Shown piece after piece: positions 47,618 through 59,318 of a stretch of 64,000 nucleotides of DNA. This DNA comes from Sandaracinaceae bacterium (GTDB lineage: Bacteria; Myxococcota_A; Polyangia; Polyangiales; Sandaracinaceae): contig JBGAQA010000016.1 in the NCBI GenBank assembly GCA_044220955.1, positions 38,286 to 102,285 of the forward strand, read 5' to 3'. The notes under the pieces were generated by a model. The model was not told the origin of the DNA, made no database searches, and saw only the letters and a program-made list of their open reading frames with translations. The position numbers and the translations under genes were made by a program. Positions within the stretch are counted from its first letter, which is position 1; every line of letters starts with the position of its first letter.

Positions 47618-48967
47618 ATGTTCCGCGCGTGGCTCGTCTTGTCCCGCTCGCTGATCGTGTTCTTCGCGGTCTTCCCGATGTGGCTCGCGTACGCGATCCC
47701 CTTCGTGCGCTCGCGGCGGTTCGGCGCGACGATCCCGCCCGAGCGCTGGAAGGCGCTCCACGTCCGCTTCGCGCCGCGCTTCTACCGCCTGGCCGTGCGG
47801 ATGCGCGGCGGGCTCATCAAGGTCGGACAGATCATCTCGACCCGCGTCGACATCCTGCCGGTCGAGTGGACGAGCACGCTCGCGGGCTTGCAGGATCGCG
47901 TCGACCCGCTGCCCTGGGGCGAGCTCTTGCCTTTCGTGACCGCGGCGTACGGACGCGATCCGAAGTCGCTCTTCCTCGAGATCGACGAGCACGCGACCGC
48001 AGCGGCGAGCTTCGGTCAGGTGCACCGCGCGATCACGCACGAGGGCGAGAAGGTCGCGCTCAAGATCCGCTACCCCGACGTCGACACGAAGCTCGCCGTC
48101 GACCTCGGCGTGATGCGCTTCGTGCTGCCGCTCTTCGGGATGTTCGTCCCGCAGATGAACCTGCGCCCCATTCGCGAGGAGATCTCGCGCGCGCTGACGA
48201 CCGAGCTCGACTACGACGCGGAGGCGCGCTTCACGGAGATCGTCCACAAGAACTTCGGCGGCACGATGTCGGCCGACGCGGGCCGGATCACGATCCCGCG
48301 CGTCCTGCGCGATCTGACCCGGCCGAGCGTGATCTGCACGAGCTGGTTCGAGGGCAAGAAGATCATCGACCCCTCGCTGCTCCAGGATCCGCGCCTCGAT
48401 CGCCGCGCGCTGCTCGAGCTCGTGATCGAGGCGTGGGTGAAGATGATGTACGTCGACGGCGTGTTCCAGAGCGACCCGCACCCGGGCAACCTGCTCGCGC
48501 GCGTCGACGCCGAGGGCAAGCCCGAGCTCTGCATCGTCGACTTCGGGCAGGTGAAGATCCTCACCAAGAGCTTCCACGAGAAGCTGCTGCGCAGCGTGAT
48601 GGCGTTCGTCACGCGCGACGACGAGGGCTTCGCCCGGAGCCTCGTCGAGCTCGGGCTCTTCGCGCCGAAGGATCTCGCCGCGCTGCGCCCGACCATCGAC
48701 AAGATCCTCGAGCGCTACGCGTCGATGTCGCCCGAGGAGATCACCAAGATGGACTTCACGTGGCTGCGCACCGAGGTGCTCGGCAAGATCGCCGAGCTGC
48801 GCGGCATCGTGGTCCCTCAGGAGCTCGTGCTCTACGGACGCACGTTCGCGCTCCTCGCGGGGCTCACGCGGCAGGTCGATCCCACGGTCGACGCGTTCGC
48901 GCTCGCGCGGCCGCACGTGATGCGCGCGATGCTCTCGGGCGGGCCCCCCGAGGCACCTGCCTCGTAG
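47618..48967 (+). CDS. ABC1/UbiB (AarF) family atypical kinase
   Basis: IKVGQIISTR.D, LQD, AAASFGQVH, VALK..YP, ELDY..E, DPHPGN, DFG. Confidence 0.93.
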   Translation: MFRAWLVLSRSLIVFFAVFPMWLAYAIPFVRSRRFGATIPPERWKALHVRFAPRFYRLAVRMRGGLIKVGQIISTRVDILPVEWTSTLAGLQDRVDPLPWGELLPFVTAAYGRDPKSLFLEIDEHATAAASFGQVHRAITHEGEKVALKIRYPDVDTKLAVDLGVMRFVLPLFGMFVPQMNLRPIREEISRALTTELDYDAEARFTEIVHKNFGGTMSADAGRITIPRVLRDLTRPSVICTSWFEGKKIIDPSLLQDPRLDRRALLELVIEAWVKMMYVDGVFQSDPHPGNLLARVDAEGKPELCIVDFGQVKILTKSFHEKLLRSVMAFVTRDDEGFARSLVELGLFAPKDLAALRPTIDKILERYASMSPEEITKMDFTWLRTEVLGKIAELRGIVVPQELVLYGRTFALLAGLTRQVDPTVDAFALARPHVMRAMLSGGPPEAPAS

Positions 48968-49027
48968 AGCAGGCTCCCGCCCCGGCCCCGGAGGGACCTA
49001 TAGTGCGGCCCGCACAGGGGAGACAGC

Positions 49028-49684
49028 ATGAGCACGCAGAAGATCGGTGTCGTCGGGTCGGGGACCGTCGCGCAAGTACTCGCCGCCGGGCTCGCCAAGC
49101 ACGGGCACGACGTCCGGATCGGCAGCCGCGATCCGGGCAAGCTCGCCGAGTTCTCGGCGAAGAGCGGCGTGAAGTCCGGCACGTTCCAGGAGGTCGCGGC
49201 GTTCGGCGACGTGGTGATCCTCGCCGTGAAGGGCAAGGTCGCCGTCGAGGCGGCCTCCATGGTGAGCAAGGAGATCGCCGGCAAGGTCGTCATCGACACC
49301 ACGAACCCCATCGCCGACGGAGCGCCGGTCGACGGCTCCATCGTCCCCTACTTCACGGGCCCGAACGAGTCGCTGATGGAGCGCCTGCAGAAGGCCGTGC
49401 CGACCGCGCGCTTCGTGAAGGCGTGGAGCTGCGTCGGCAACGCGTTCATGATCGATCCGCGCTTCGAGGGCGGGCGGCCGACGATGTTCGTCGCCGGTGA
49501 CGACGACGCCGCCAAGAAGGTCGTCTCCGCCATCCTCGACGAGGTCGGCTGGGACGTCGAGGACGTCGGCAAGGCGGCGGGCGCGCGCGCGATCGAGCCG
49601 CTCTGCCAGCTCTGGTGCGCGCCGGGGTTTCTCCGCAACGACTGGGCGCGCGCGTTCGCCGTGCTGCGCCCCGCGAAGAAGTAG
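49028..49684 (+). CDS. NADP oxidoreductase, F420-dependent NADP reductase-like family
   Basis: IGVVGSG, IGSR, VILAV, VIDTTNP, VKAW, VAGDD..AK, AIEP. Confidence 0.88.
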   Translation: MSTQKIGVVGSGTVAQVLAAGLAKHGHDVRIGSRDPGKLAEFSAKSGVKSGTFQEVAAFGDVVILAVKGKVAVEAASMVSKEIAGKVVIDTTNPIADGAPVDGSIVPYFTGPNESLMERLQKAVPTARFVKAWSCVGNAFMIDPRFEGGRPTMFVAGDDDAAKKVVSAILDEVGWDVEDVGKAAGARAIEPLCQLWCAPGFLRNDWARAFAVLRPAKK

Positions 49685-49930
49685 CGGCGGGGCCGCCGGT
49701 GACGACGAGGCCGCCGAAGATCAGCGCCACGCCCGCGCCGCGGGCGCGACGTACGGCGCTCCGTATCCGTCGGGGACGCTCAGCGCTCCCGTCTGGGCGT
49801 GGGCGACGGCGGGGACGAGCCAGGCGAGCGCGAGCAGCAGCGAGCGGACCACGAGCCACCCGCGAGCATCTCCCATGCCGGGCGCCGATTCCCGCCGGAA
49901 ACGCCATGCGTCTCGCGCGCGGCCCGCGCG

Positions 49931-51622
49931 TCACGGCAGCGTCGGCGTCGTCGTCCCGCTCGCGGTGTTCGCGCTCACGAACGCCAGCACGCGCGCTGGC
50001 ACGGGGTTGCGATCGCTCGCCGGTCCGAGGACTGGGTCGACATGCGTGAGGGCCGTGGCCGAGAGCACGTCGAACGCCCGCGGGTCGCTGCGCGGCGTTC
50101 CCTCCGGCACGACGCGGCCGGGGCCGATCGGCGCGCCCCGCAGCCGGCTCTCCTCGTAGTCGGCCGCCGTGCGCAGCTCCGTCGCCACGGCCAGCACCGG
50201 CGCGTCCATCGCGGCTCCGTCGAATGCCCGGAGCCCCTCCGCCGCCTGCCAGCTCGACGCGTCCTGGTCGAGCCCGCCCACCGCCGCGAGATCGAGCGGC
50301 AGTCGCTGCGGGAAGTACCACTCGGCGAAGTTCGTCGGGCCGTCGATCCACGCGTGCGCGAGCAGCGCGAGCGGCGTCACCTCGGGCGGCGTCGCGTCGG
50401 GGGCGTCCACCCAGGTGTACGTCGCGCTGCGATCCGAGGGATGGAGCAGCATCGGACCCGTGATGCTCGTGTAGGGCTCGAGCGGCCCGCCCGCGCTCTG
50501 CCCCACCGACACCGCGGCGAAGGTGAGGCCGTTCGAAGCGTCGTCGAAGCCGAGGCCGAGCGCGGCCGCGTTCGTCATCGCCGGGACGTTCGCGAGCGGA
50601 AGGCCGAGGAGCGCCGCGAGCAGCATGTTGCGCGCGGGGTCGCGCACGATCGCGTCCGGCGCGAGGAGCGCCTCGAGCGAGAGCACGTCGGCGCGCGCGT
50701 AGGTCGCGACGCCCAGCACGGGGAGCGCGAAGTAGCGGGTGCTCGCGCGGATCGCGTCCAGGCCCGGGCTCGCGGTGAAGCCGGAGCCGCCGCCCGTGCG
50801 GTACTCGCTCTCGCCGAGCGCCGCGCCGCTCTGGCTGCCGTCGATCAGGACGACCCCCGCGAGCTCGCTCGCGCCGCGCGTGCCGTCCTCGAAGCGCCAC
50901 GCGGCGTACGTCTCGGCGAAGGTCCCGCCGAGCGAGTGGCCCATGAGGAACACGTGACCGAGCCGGTCCGCGGCCGGGACGTGCCCGATGAGCGCGTGCA
51001 CGTCGGCGACGAGCGTCGCCAGGCCCCACTCGCTCATGTAGGCGACGTCGCGCTGGTCGACGAACCCGGCGAAGGCGTGGCCGCCCACGGTGTCGTGAGA
51101 GAAGTAGTAGCCGCGCGCGATCTCGGGGTTCCCCTGTGTCTCGGCCGAGTCGGAGCCGCGCAGATCCTCGAGCAGGTTCGAGCGGCGATCGATCGCCCAG
51201 ACCTCGATCGGCGCGCTCGCCGCGATCGACTGTGCGACCAGGTCGCGCGCGAGGCCCTCGAAGCTCGCTGCCCCGCCGAGGAAGCCGGGCATCGCCAGGA
51301 CGACCGCGCGCGGCGCCGCGCCGCTCTGCGCGCGGAAGCGCAGGAACTGGATCCGGTTCAGCTCGGTCGGGGTCGCGGCGCCGGTCGCCGGGTTCGGCGG
51401 CGCCGCGGGCACCTCGATCGAGACGAGCTCACGAAGCACGCCCGGCACGGGCGTCGACGTGGCGGGCGCCGCCATCTCGGGCCAGTCGCGCAGCCCCGCG
51501 TCGCGGCCGGCGTCGGTGGGCGCGTCCGTCCCGGCGTCCGCCGCCGGGGCCGCGTCGTCGGAGGCTGGCGGGGCGCTGCACGCGAGCGCGAGGGTGAGTG
51601 AGACGAGGAGTGAGGCGCGCAT
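49931..51622 (-). CDS. Alpha/beta-hydrolase lipoprotein
   Basis: Lipobox ALAC; PGFLGGA, VWAIDRRSNLLED, GHSLGG, THVD. Confidence 0.8.
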   Translation of the reverse strand: MRASLLVSLTLALACSAPPASDDAAPAADAGTDAPTDAGRDAGLRDWPEMAAPATSTPVPGVLRELVSIEVPAAPPNPATGAATPTELNRIQFLRFRAQSGAAPRAVVLAMPGFLGGAASFEGLARDLVAQSIAASAPIEVWAIDRRSNLLEDLRGSDSAETQGNPEIARGYYFSHDTVGGHAFAGFVDQRDVAYMSEWGLATLVADVHALIGHVPAADRLGHVFLMGHSLGGTFAETYAAWRFEDGTRGASELAGVVLIDGSQSGAALGESEYRTGGGSGFTASPGLDAIRASTRYFALPVLGVATYARADVLSLEALLAPDAIVRDPARNMLLAALLGLPLANVPAMTNAAALGLGFDDASNGLTFAAVSVGQSAGGPLEPYTSITGPMLLHPSDRSATYTWVDAPDATPPEVTPLALLAHAWIDGPTNFAEWYFPQRLPLDLAAVGGLDQDASSWQAAEGLRAFDGAAMDAPVLAVATELRTAADYEESRLRGAPIGPGRVVPEGTPRSDPRAFDVLSATALTHVDPVLGPASDRNPVPARVLAFVSANTASGTTTPTLP

Positions 51623-51692
51623 CGGCCGACGCTACCACGCGCTCCGAGCCGCGAAGCTTTCACGCGCAACGATCTGCTACGCTGCCCGGCCT

Positions 51693-52718
51693 ATGCGCCG
51701 CCTCCCTCTGGTCCCGATCGTCCTGTTCCTGCTCGCGATCGTCCTCTCGCCCACCGACGCGCTCGACGCGCAGGACGCGGGCGTCGCTCCCGCCGGCCCG
51801 GCGCGTACCCTCGGGATCGCGACCCTGGCGCCGGCAGGCTCGACCATCACCGACGGTCTCAACGCGTGGAACCGCGAGATCAGGCGGCGCAGCGGCGGCT
51901 CGCTCCAGTTCCGCATCTACGCTGGCGGCGTGCAGGGCGACGACCCGGAGGTCGTGCGCAAGATCCGCTCCGGCCGGCTCGACGGTGGCACGCTCACGTC
52001 CACGGGGCTCGCCCAGATCTACCGTCCGGCGCTCGTCTTCCAGCTGCCGGCGACGTTCCTGCACTACGAGCAGCTCGACCGCGCGCGCGCCGCGCTCCAG
52101 CCGGAGATCGACGCCGGCATCGTCGCCGCGGGCTTTCGCATGCTCGGCTGGGCCGACGTCGGCCAGGCGCGCCTCTTCTCTCACCGGCCGATCGCCGTGC
52201 CGACGGACCTCGCGGGCACGCACCTCTGGGTGCGCGACGACGACGTGATCCTGCCGGCGTTCGTCTCCCGCGTCGGGACGACTCCGGTCGAGCTCGCGGT
52301 CCCCGAGGTGCTCGGCGCGCTGCAGACCGGGCGCGTGGACACCTTCCTCGCGCCGCCGGCCGTCGCGATCGCGCTCCAGTGGTCGTCCCACGCGACCTAC
52401 GTCAACGAGATCCCGATGTCGATCATCATCGGAGGCATGGTCCTGTCGGAGACGACGTTCCAGAGCCTCACGCCCGAGCAGCAGACGATCCTCACCGAGA
52501 CCGGCGAGCAGTTCCATCGCCTCGGCCGTCGCAACTCGCGCCGCATGGAGCGGCAGTCCATGGAGGCGATCACGACGCGCGGCATCCAGGTCACGACGAC
52601 GACCGATGCGCAGCGCGACCAGTGGCGCGCGCTCGGCCGACAGGTGCGCGACGCGGTCGCCTCGCAGATCGCCTCGCCCGACCTCGTCGCGCGCGCGGTC
52701 GCGTTCGGCGAGCAATAG
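51693..52718 (+). CDS. TRAP transporter substrate-binding protein (DctP/TatP-like)
   Basis: Signal peptide; IATLAPAGS, YAGGVQGDD..VRKIR.G.LDG, EVLGALQTG.VD, LQW. Confidence 0.88.
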   Translation: MRRLPLVPIVLFLLAIVLSPTDALDAQDAGVAPAGPARTLGIATLAPAGSTITDGLNAWNREIRRRSGGSLQFRIYAGGVQGDDPEVVRKIRSGRLDGGTLTSTGLAQIYRPALVFQLPATFLHYEQLDRARAALQPEIDAGIVAAGFRMLGWADVGQARLFSHRPIAVPTDLAGTHLWVRDDDVILPAFVSRVGTTPVELAVPEVLGALQTGRVDTFLAPPAVAIALQWSSHATYVNEIPMSIIIGGMVLSETTFQSLTPEQQTILTETGEQFHRLGRRNSRRMERQSMEAITTRGIQVTTTTDAQRDQWRALGRQVRDAVASQIASPDLVARAVAFGEQ

Positions 52719-52800
52719 GTCAGCCGGAGCGCTCGGAGCCGAGCGGCCACAATCGTGTCGGCCCGCCGGGGGGGCGCTCCGGCGGATCGACGCAAGACGA

Positions 52801-52833
52801 ACGGGCGCGGCCGTCCGGCGACGACCGCGCCCG
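52801..52833. terminator. Hairpin between convergent genes
   Basis: CGGGCGCGG..GTC-CGGC-GAC..CCGCGCCCG stem-loop; a second stem GCCGGAGCGC/GCGCTCCGGC lies just upstream. Confidence 0.45.
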
Positions 52834-52850
52834 CCCGCTCGCCGATCACG

Positions 52851-53129
52851 TCACTGAGGGGTCGTGCCGCCCGAGCTCGAGGGGGTCGAGCTCTCCGAGC
52901 TCGAGCCTGACATCGCGCCACAGCCGCTGGCGCCGCAGCCCGAGCTGCCGGTCGCGCTCCCGCTCGTCGTCGTCGTGTCGGTCGACGCCGAGCTGCCGCC
53001 CGACGTCGAGGACGTGCTCGTCTCCGTCGTCGACGACGAGCCGGAGGCGCTCGACCCGCCGCCGCACGCCGAGAGACCGAGCAGCGCGGATGCTGCGACC
53101 ACGAGCGAAGCCTTCGTCTTGATGTTCAT
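52851..53129 (-). CDS. Small Ser/Thr/Gly-rich lipoprotein with SGCGA-SGCGA repeat (92 aa)
   Basis: Strong SD (GAGGAAGGA) before ATG 53129; lipobox LSAC; GC3-biased frame. Confidence 0.75.
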   Translation of the reverse strand: MNIKTKASLVVAASALLGLSACGGGSSASGSSSTTETSTSSTSGGSSASTDTTTTSGSATGSSGCGASGCGAMSGSSSESSTPSSSGGTTPQ

Positions 53130-53364
53130 CGGATTCCTTCCTCGGTTCTGATTCGAGCCGGCCACCCGCCGGAGCCCGGCATCTTACACGAGGGTCACCT
53201 CTGCCCAGCGCCGGAGCCGGCCGTCCCCCGCGCGCGCGCTGGGGTCGCCGGTTCTCAGCCTGGATTCGCGAGAGATCCAGTGGTGACTCGCGGGCCCATG
53301 CTCCATCGCGGCAGCACGCGGGGCCGCGATCGAGCCGGTACGGACCTTGCGCACGCCGTTCGTC

Positions 53365-55956
53365 ATGACCCTCCGAACGAACCTCGCCCCCGCGATCCTC
53401 GCTCTCGCCGGTCTCGCCTTCGTCGCAGGCTGCCGTGGTCACGCGCCCGCTGCCGAGGCGGCCTGGGCCTCACCCGTCACGATGGACGGCGCGCGCAACG
53501 AGGTGCTCGCGCTGGTCGCGTCGGACACAGGCGTCCCGCTCGAGGTCCTCTACGCCCTCGGCTACCAGCAGAGCCGCTTCGAGGATCCGGACGTGACCTT
53601 CGACAGCACGATGGACGACGCGATCGCCATCACCGACGACGCCGAGCTCGCCGCGGCCGCCGATCCATGGAGCGACGCGAGCCCGGACGAGGAGGGCGAG
53701 CCGCTGCAGACGGTGGACGACGCTTCACCGGTCGAGGGGCTCGAGGACGTGCAGGCCGAGATCGCGGCCGACCCCGTCGGCAACGACTACTCGCTCGGCG
53801 AGGGGCAGGACGCGGCGGATCCGGATCTCGAGCAGACGATCCCGACGCCGGCGCCCGGCGAGCCGATCGACGAGGAGCTCGGCGAGGAGCACCCGGACAC
53901 GGGCGCTTCGAGCCTCTTCTTCCTCACGCCCGACCAGGTGAGCTGGGCGGCGAGCACGCTCTCGCTCGACGAGGAGGTCATCCGCGACGATCTCGAGTCG
54001 AGCGCCCGCGCCACCGCCGCCCTCTTGCTCGCGGACCTGGCCCTCTCCAGCACGGCGCCCGCGAGCGCGTCGCACGCGCGCTGGGTCGAGGCGATGGTCC
54101 GCTTCGTCGGCCTCGATCCCGCCGAGGACGCCGGCCAGCTCGCGCAGAGTGAGCTCGAGGCGATCCTCGAGGGCGGCTTCGACACCGTGACGATCGACGG
54201 TGAGGAGCTGCTGATGCTGCCGGCCAACGGCGTGGCGCTGCCCGACCTCTCCACGATGGAAGATCCCTCGTGGAGCGAGCCGAGCGAGGGCGACACCGGC
54301 GGCGCCGTGGCGATCGAGAGCGCGCTGAGCACCGACTACCCGCGCACCGAGTGGATCTCGGCCAGCTCGAGCAACTTCACGAGCGGCCGCGGGATGGGCA
54401 TCCGCTACGTCGTGATCCACGACATGGAAGGGACGCTCAACGGCGCCATCAGCGTGTTCCGCAACCCGGGCCGCGGCGCCTCGGCGCACTACAACATCCG
54501 CGCGCGCGACGGTCACATCGTGCAGATGGTGCGCGAGCAGGACACGGCCTGGCACTCGGGCAACTGGATCATCAACCACAGCTCGATCGGCATCGAGCAC
54601 GAGGGCTTCGCCGACCGGCCGCGCGGGGGCGGCTACTACACCGCGGCGCTCTACGAGAGCTCGGCGCACCTCACGTGCGCGATCGCGCACCGCTACCACA
54701 TCCCCGTCGACCGACGGCACATCTTCGGCCACGGCAACGTGTCGCCGAACAGCCGCTCGACGGCGCTCTGCAGCGACGCACAGGCGAACCGCGGCGCGTG
54801 CGGCGGCTCCGCGCACCACCACGACCCGGGCCGCTACTGGGACTGGAACCTGTACATGAACCTCGTCGCCCGCTGCGTGAGCGGCCGCGCGCACACGACC
54901 CCGCCGCCCGCGGCGCCGAGGCCGCACCCGGCCGCCTCGCACGAGCAGCGCGCGATCACGACGGGCTGGGCGGGCCAGCGCGCGGTCGTCGACTCGGACG
55001 GAGCGCTGCACGTGTTCGCGACCGACTCGGCGCATCGCCTCGTCGAGCTCGTGCGCGACGGCTCGCGCTGGGGCAGCTACCGCGTCATCGCCTCGGGCGG
55101 CGCCGTGCACGGCTACCCCGCAGCCATCACCGCCGGCGAGCGCATCGTCGTCGCCGTCCGCGGCACCGACGATCACATCCACGTCGCGCGGCGCATCGGC
55201 GGCAGCTGGTCGGCGGTGGAGCTCCCCGGCCTCGCGGTGAACACCATGCCCTCGCTCTTCGTGAACGAGGACGGTCGCGCGGAGATCTTCGTGCGGGGCG
55301 CGTCCGACAGCGCGCTCTACCACGCCGCGGAGCGGAGCCCGGGCGGCGACTTCGGCCAGTGGTGGAACCTCGGCGGCCACCTCCGCACCATGCCGACCGT
55401 CGTCGCCGACGCGCAGCACCGCCCGCACGTCTTCGCCATCGGCGACTCGGACGGACACGTCTGGACGCGCATGCGGACCTCGCCCACCGAGTGGCCCTCG
55501 TGGACGTACCTGAACGTGACGGGCAACGCGCCCGTCTCGCCGGTGCGCATGCCCGACGGCCGCCTCGCGGTCTTCACCCGCAACCACACGGGCGCGCTCG
55601 TCAGCCAGTTCCAGGACGGCGGCGGTCGCTGGTCGATCCATCCCCGCACGGTCGGCGGCGTCTTCACCTCGAACGTCGTCGCCATCGTCGACGGACGCGG
55701 CCGCGTGAACGTGTTCGGCCGCGGCACCGACAGCGCCGTCTACCGCATCGTGCAGAGCACGAGCGGGCGCTGGGGCAGCCACGCGCGCCTCGGCGGCCGC
55801 GCGATCATGGGCCCGGCGGTGGTGCGCACGAGCCAGGGCCTGGAGCTCTTCGTGGCCGGCCGCAACCACGGCCTCTACCACGCGTACCAGTCGAGCGGTG
55901 CGCGCACCGGCTGGGCCGGCTGGACCGGCCGCGGCGGGCGCCTCGGCTGGCTTTGA
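53365..55956 (+). CDS. N-acetylmuramoyl-L-alanine amidase (Amidase_2) lipoprotein with acidic N-region and C-terminal lectin-like beta-propeller
   Basis: Lipobox VAGC; VVIHDMEG, SAHY, AWHSGN..N..SIGIEHEG, IFGH, HHDPG; about 7 repeats of P.....G...VF.RG.D..LY....W..LGG. Confidence 0.88.
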   Translation: MTLRTNLAPAILALAGLAFVAGCRGHAPAAEAAWASPVTMDGARNEVLALVASDTGVPLEVLYALGYQQSRFEDPDVTFDSTMDDAIAITDDAELAAAADPWSDASPDEEGEPLQTVDDASPVEGLEDVQAEIAADPVGNDYSLGEGQDAADPDLEQTIPTPAPGEPIDEELGEEHPDTGASSLFFLTPDQVSWAASTLSLDEEVIRDDLESSARATAALLLADLALSSTAPASASHARWVEAMVRFVGLDPAEDAGQLAQSELEAILEGGFDTVTIDGEELLMLPANGVALPDLSTMEDPSWSEPSEGDTGGAVAIESALSTDYPRTEWISASSSNFTSGRGMGIRYVVIHDMEGTLNGAISVFRNPGRGASAHYNIRARDGHIVQMVREQDTAWHSGNWIINHSSIGIEHEGFADRPRGGGYYTAALYESSAHLTCAIAHRYHIPVDRRHIFGHGNVSPNSRSTALCSDAQANRGACGGSAHHHDPGRYWDWNLYMNLVARCVSGRAHTTPPPAAPRPHPAASHEQRAITTGWAGQRAVVDSDGALHVFATDSAHRLVELVRDGSRWGSYRVIASGGAVHGYPAAITAGERIVVAVRGTDDHIHVARRIGGSWSAVELPGLAVNTMPSLFVNEDGRAEIFVRGASDSALYHAAERSPGGDFGQWWNLGGHLRTMPTVVADAQHRPHVFAIGDSDGHVWTRMRTSPTEWPSWTYLNVTGNAPVSPVRMPDGRLAVFTRNHTGALVSQFQDGGGRWSIHPRTVGGVFTSNVVAIVDGRGRVNVFGRGTDSAVYRIVQSTSGRWGSHARLGGRAIMGPAVVRTSQGLELFVAGRNHGLYHAYQSSGARTGWAGWTGRGGRLGWL

Positions 55957-55981
55957 GCCAACGCGCGGCGACTGCGCTACC

Positions 55982-56859
55982 ATGGCGGCGATGCTGGGAC
56001 GGGTCATCGCTTTCGCCTTCTTCCTCTGTGCTCTGCCTCCGCTGACGGCGCCGCCGCTGGCCGCGGCCCAGACGGACACCGGATCCGACACCGACGCGCG
56101 CGCGCTCTTCGAGCAGGGGCGCGTCGCGTACGACGCCGGGAACTTCGACGAGGCCGTGCGCGCGTTCCGGCGCGCGTACGTGCTCTCCCCGCGCTTCCCG
56201 CTCCTCTACAACATCGGCCAGGCGGAGCTGCGCGCGGGCCACGATCAGCTCGCGCTCGACGCGTTCGAGGGCTTCCTGCGCCAGGCGCCTGCCGAGGACT
56301 CGCGGCGCTCCGAGGTCGAGGAGCGAATCCGCGTGCTGCGGGCGATGGGCGTGGCGCAGCCGACGGCGCAAGAGGTCCACGACGCCACGGCCACCGAGAC
56401 GGCGACGACCGAGACGGCGACGACCGAGACGGTCGCCACGACCGAGACGGCGACGACCGAGACGGCCGAGAGCTCGGCCGAGGCGAGCTCGACGTCGTCG
56501 CAGTCCTCCGCCCCTGCACCTTCTTCTTCGGGGGGTGGAGACGCGGGCGTCGCGCCCTGGATCGTCGTCGGCGTCGGCGGCGCCCTGGCGGTCGTCGGTG
56601 CGGTTCTCATGGGCGTGGGTGCCGGGGACTCGAGCCGCGTCACGGGCGCGGCCCGCGGCACCTCGTGGGCCGACATCTCCGGCGCCGCCGGTGAGGCCAA
56701 CACGCTCTGGGGCGTGGGCATCGCCTGCTTGATCGGCGGCGTCGTCGCGGCGGGCGCCGGCGTGGTCTGGGCCGTCGTCGGCGCGGGCGGCTCGAGCGAG
56801 AGCGCGACCGCCCGCCTGCGCGTGCTCCCGGGTGGCTTGTCGCTCGAGGGGGAGTTCTG

Positions 56860-56860
<1 letters not shown>
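55982..56860 (+). CDS. Secreted TPR protein with C-terminal hydrophobic helices
   Basis: ARALFEQG..YDAG.FDEA..F..AY..P.LLYNIGQA; C-terminal PWIVVGVGG.. and LSLEGEF; coupled to the next gene. Confidence 0.85.
56393..56467 (+). repeat. In-frame tandem repeat (TETAT) about 5 copies
   Basis: ACCGAGACGGCGACG units, one with a 3-bp insertion. Confidence 0.9.
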
Positions 56861-59304
<2,444 letters not shown>

Positions 59305-59318
59305 CGGGCGCGCGCGCC

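Noticed and set aside
49721..49876. 51-aa minus-strand ORF with a signal-peptide-like start (MGDARGWLVVRSLLLALAW..AHA|Q)
   Set aside because: Too short and shifts frame into another hydrophobic stretch; perhaps a deletion remnant but not supportable as a gene.
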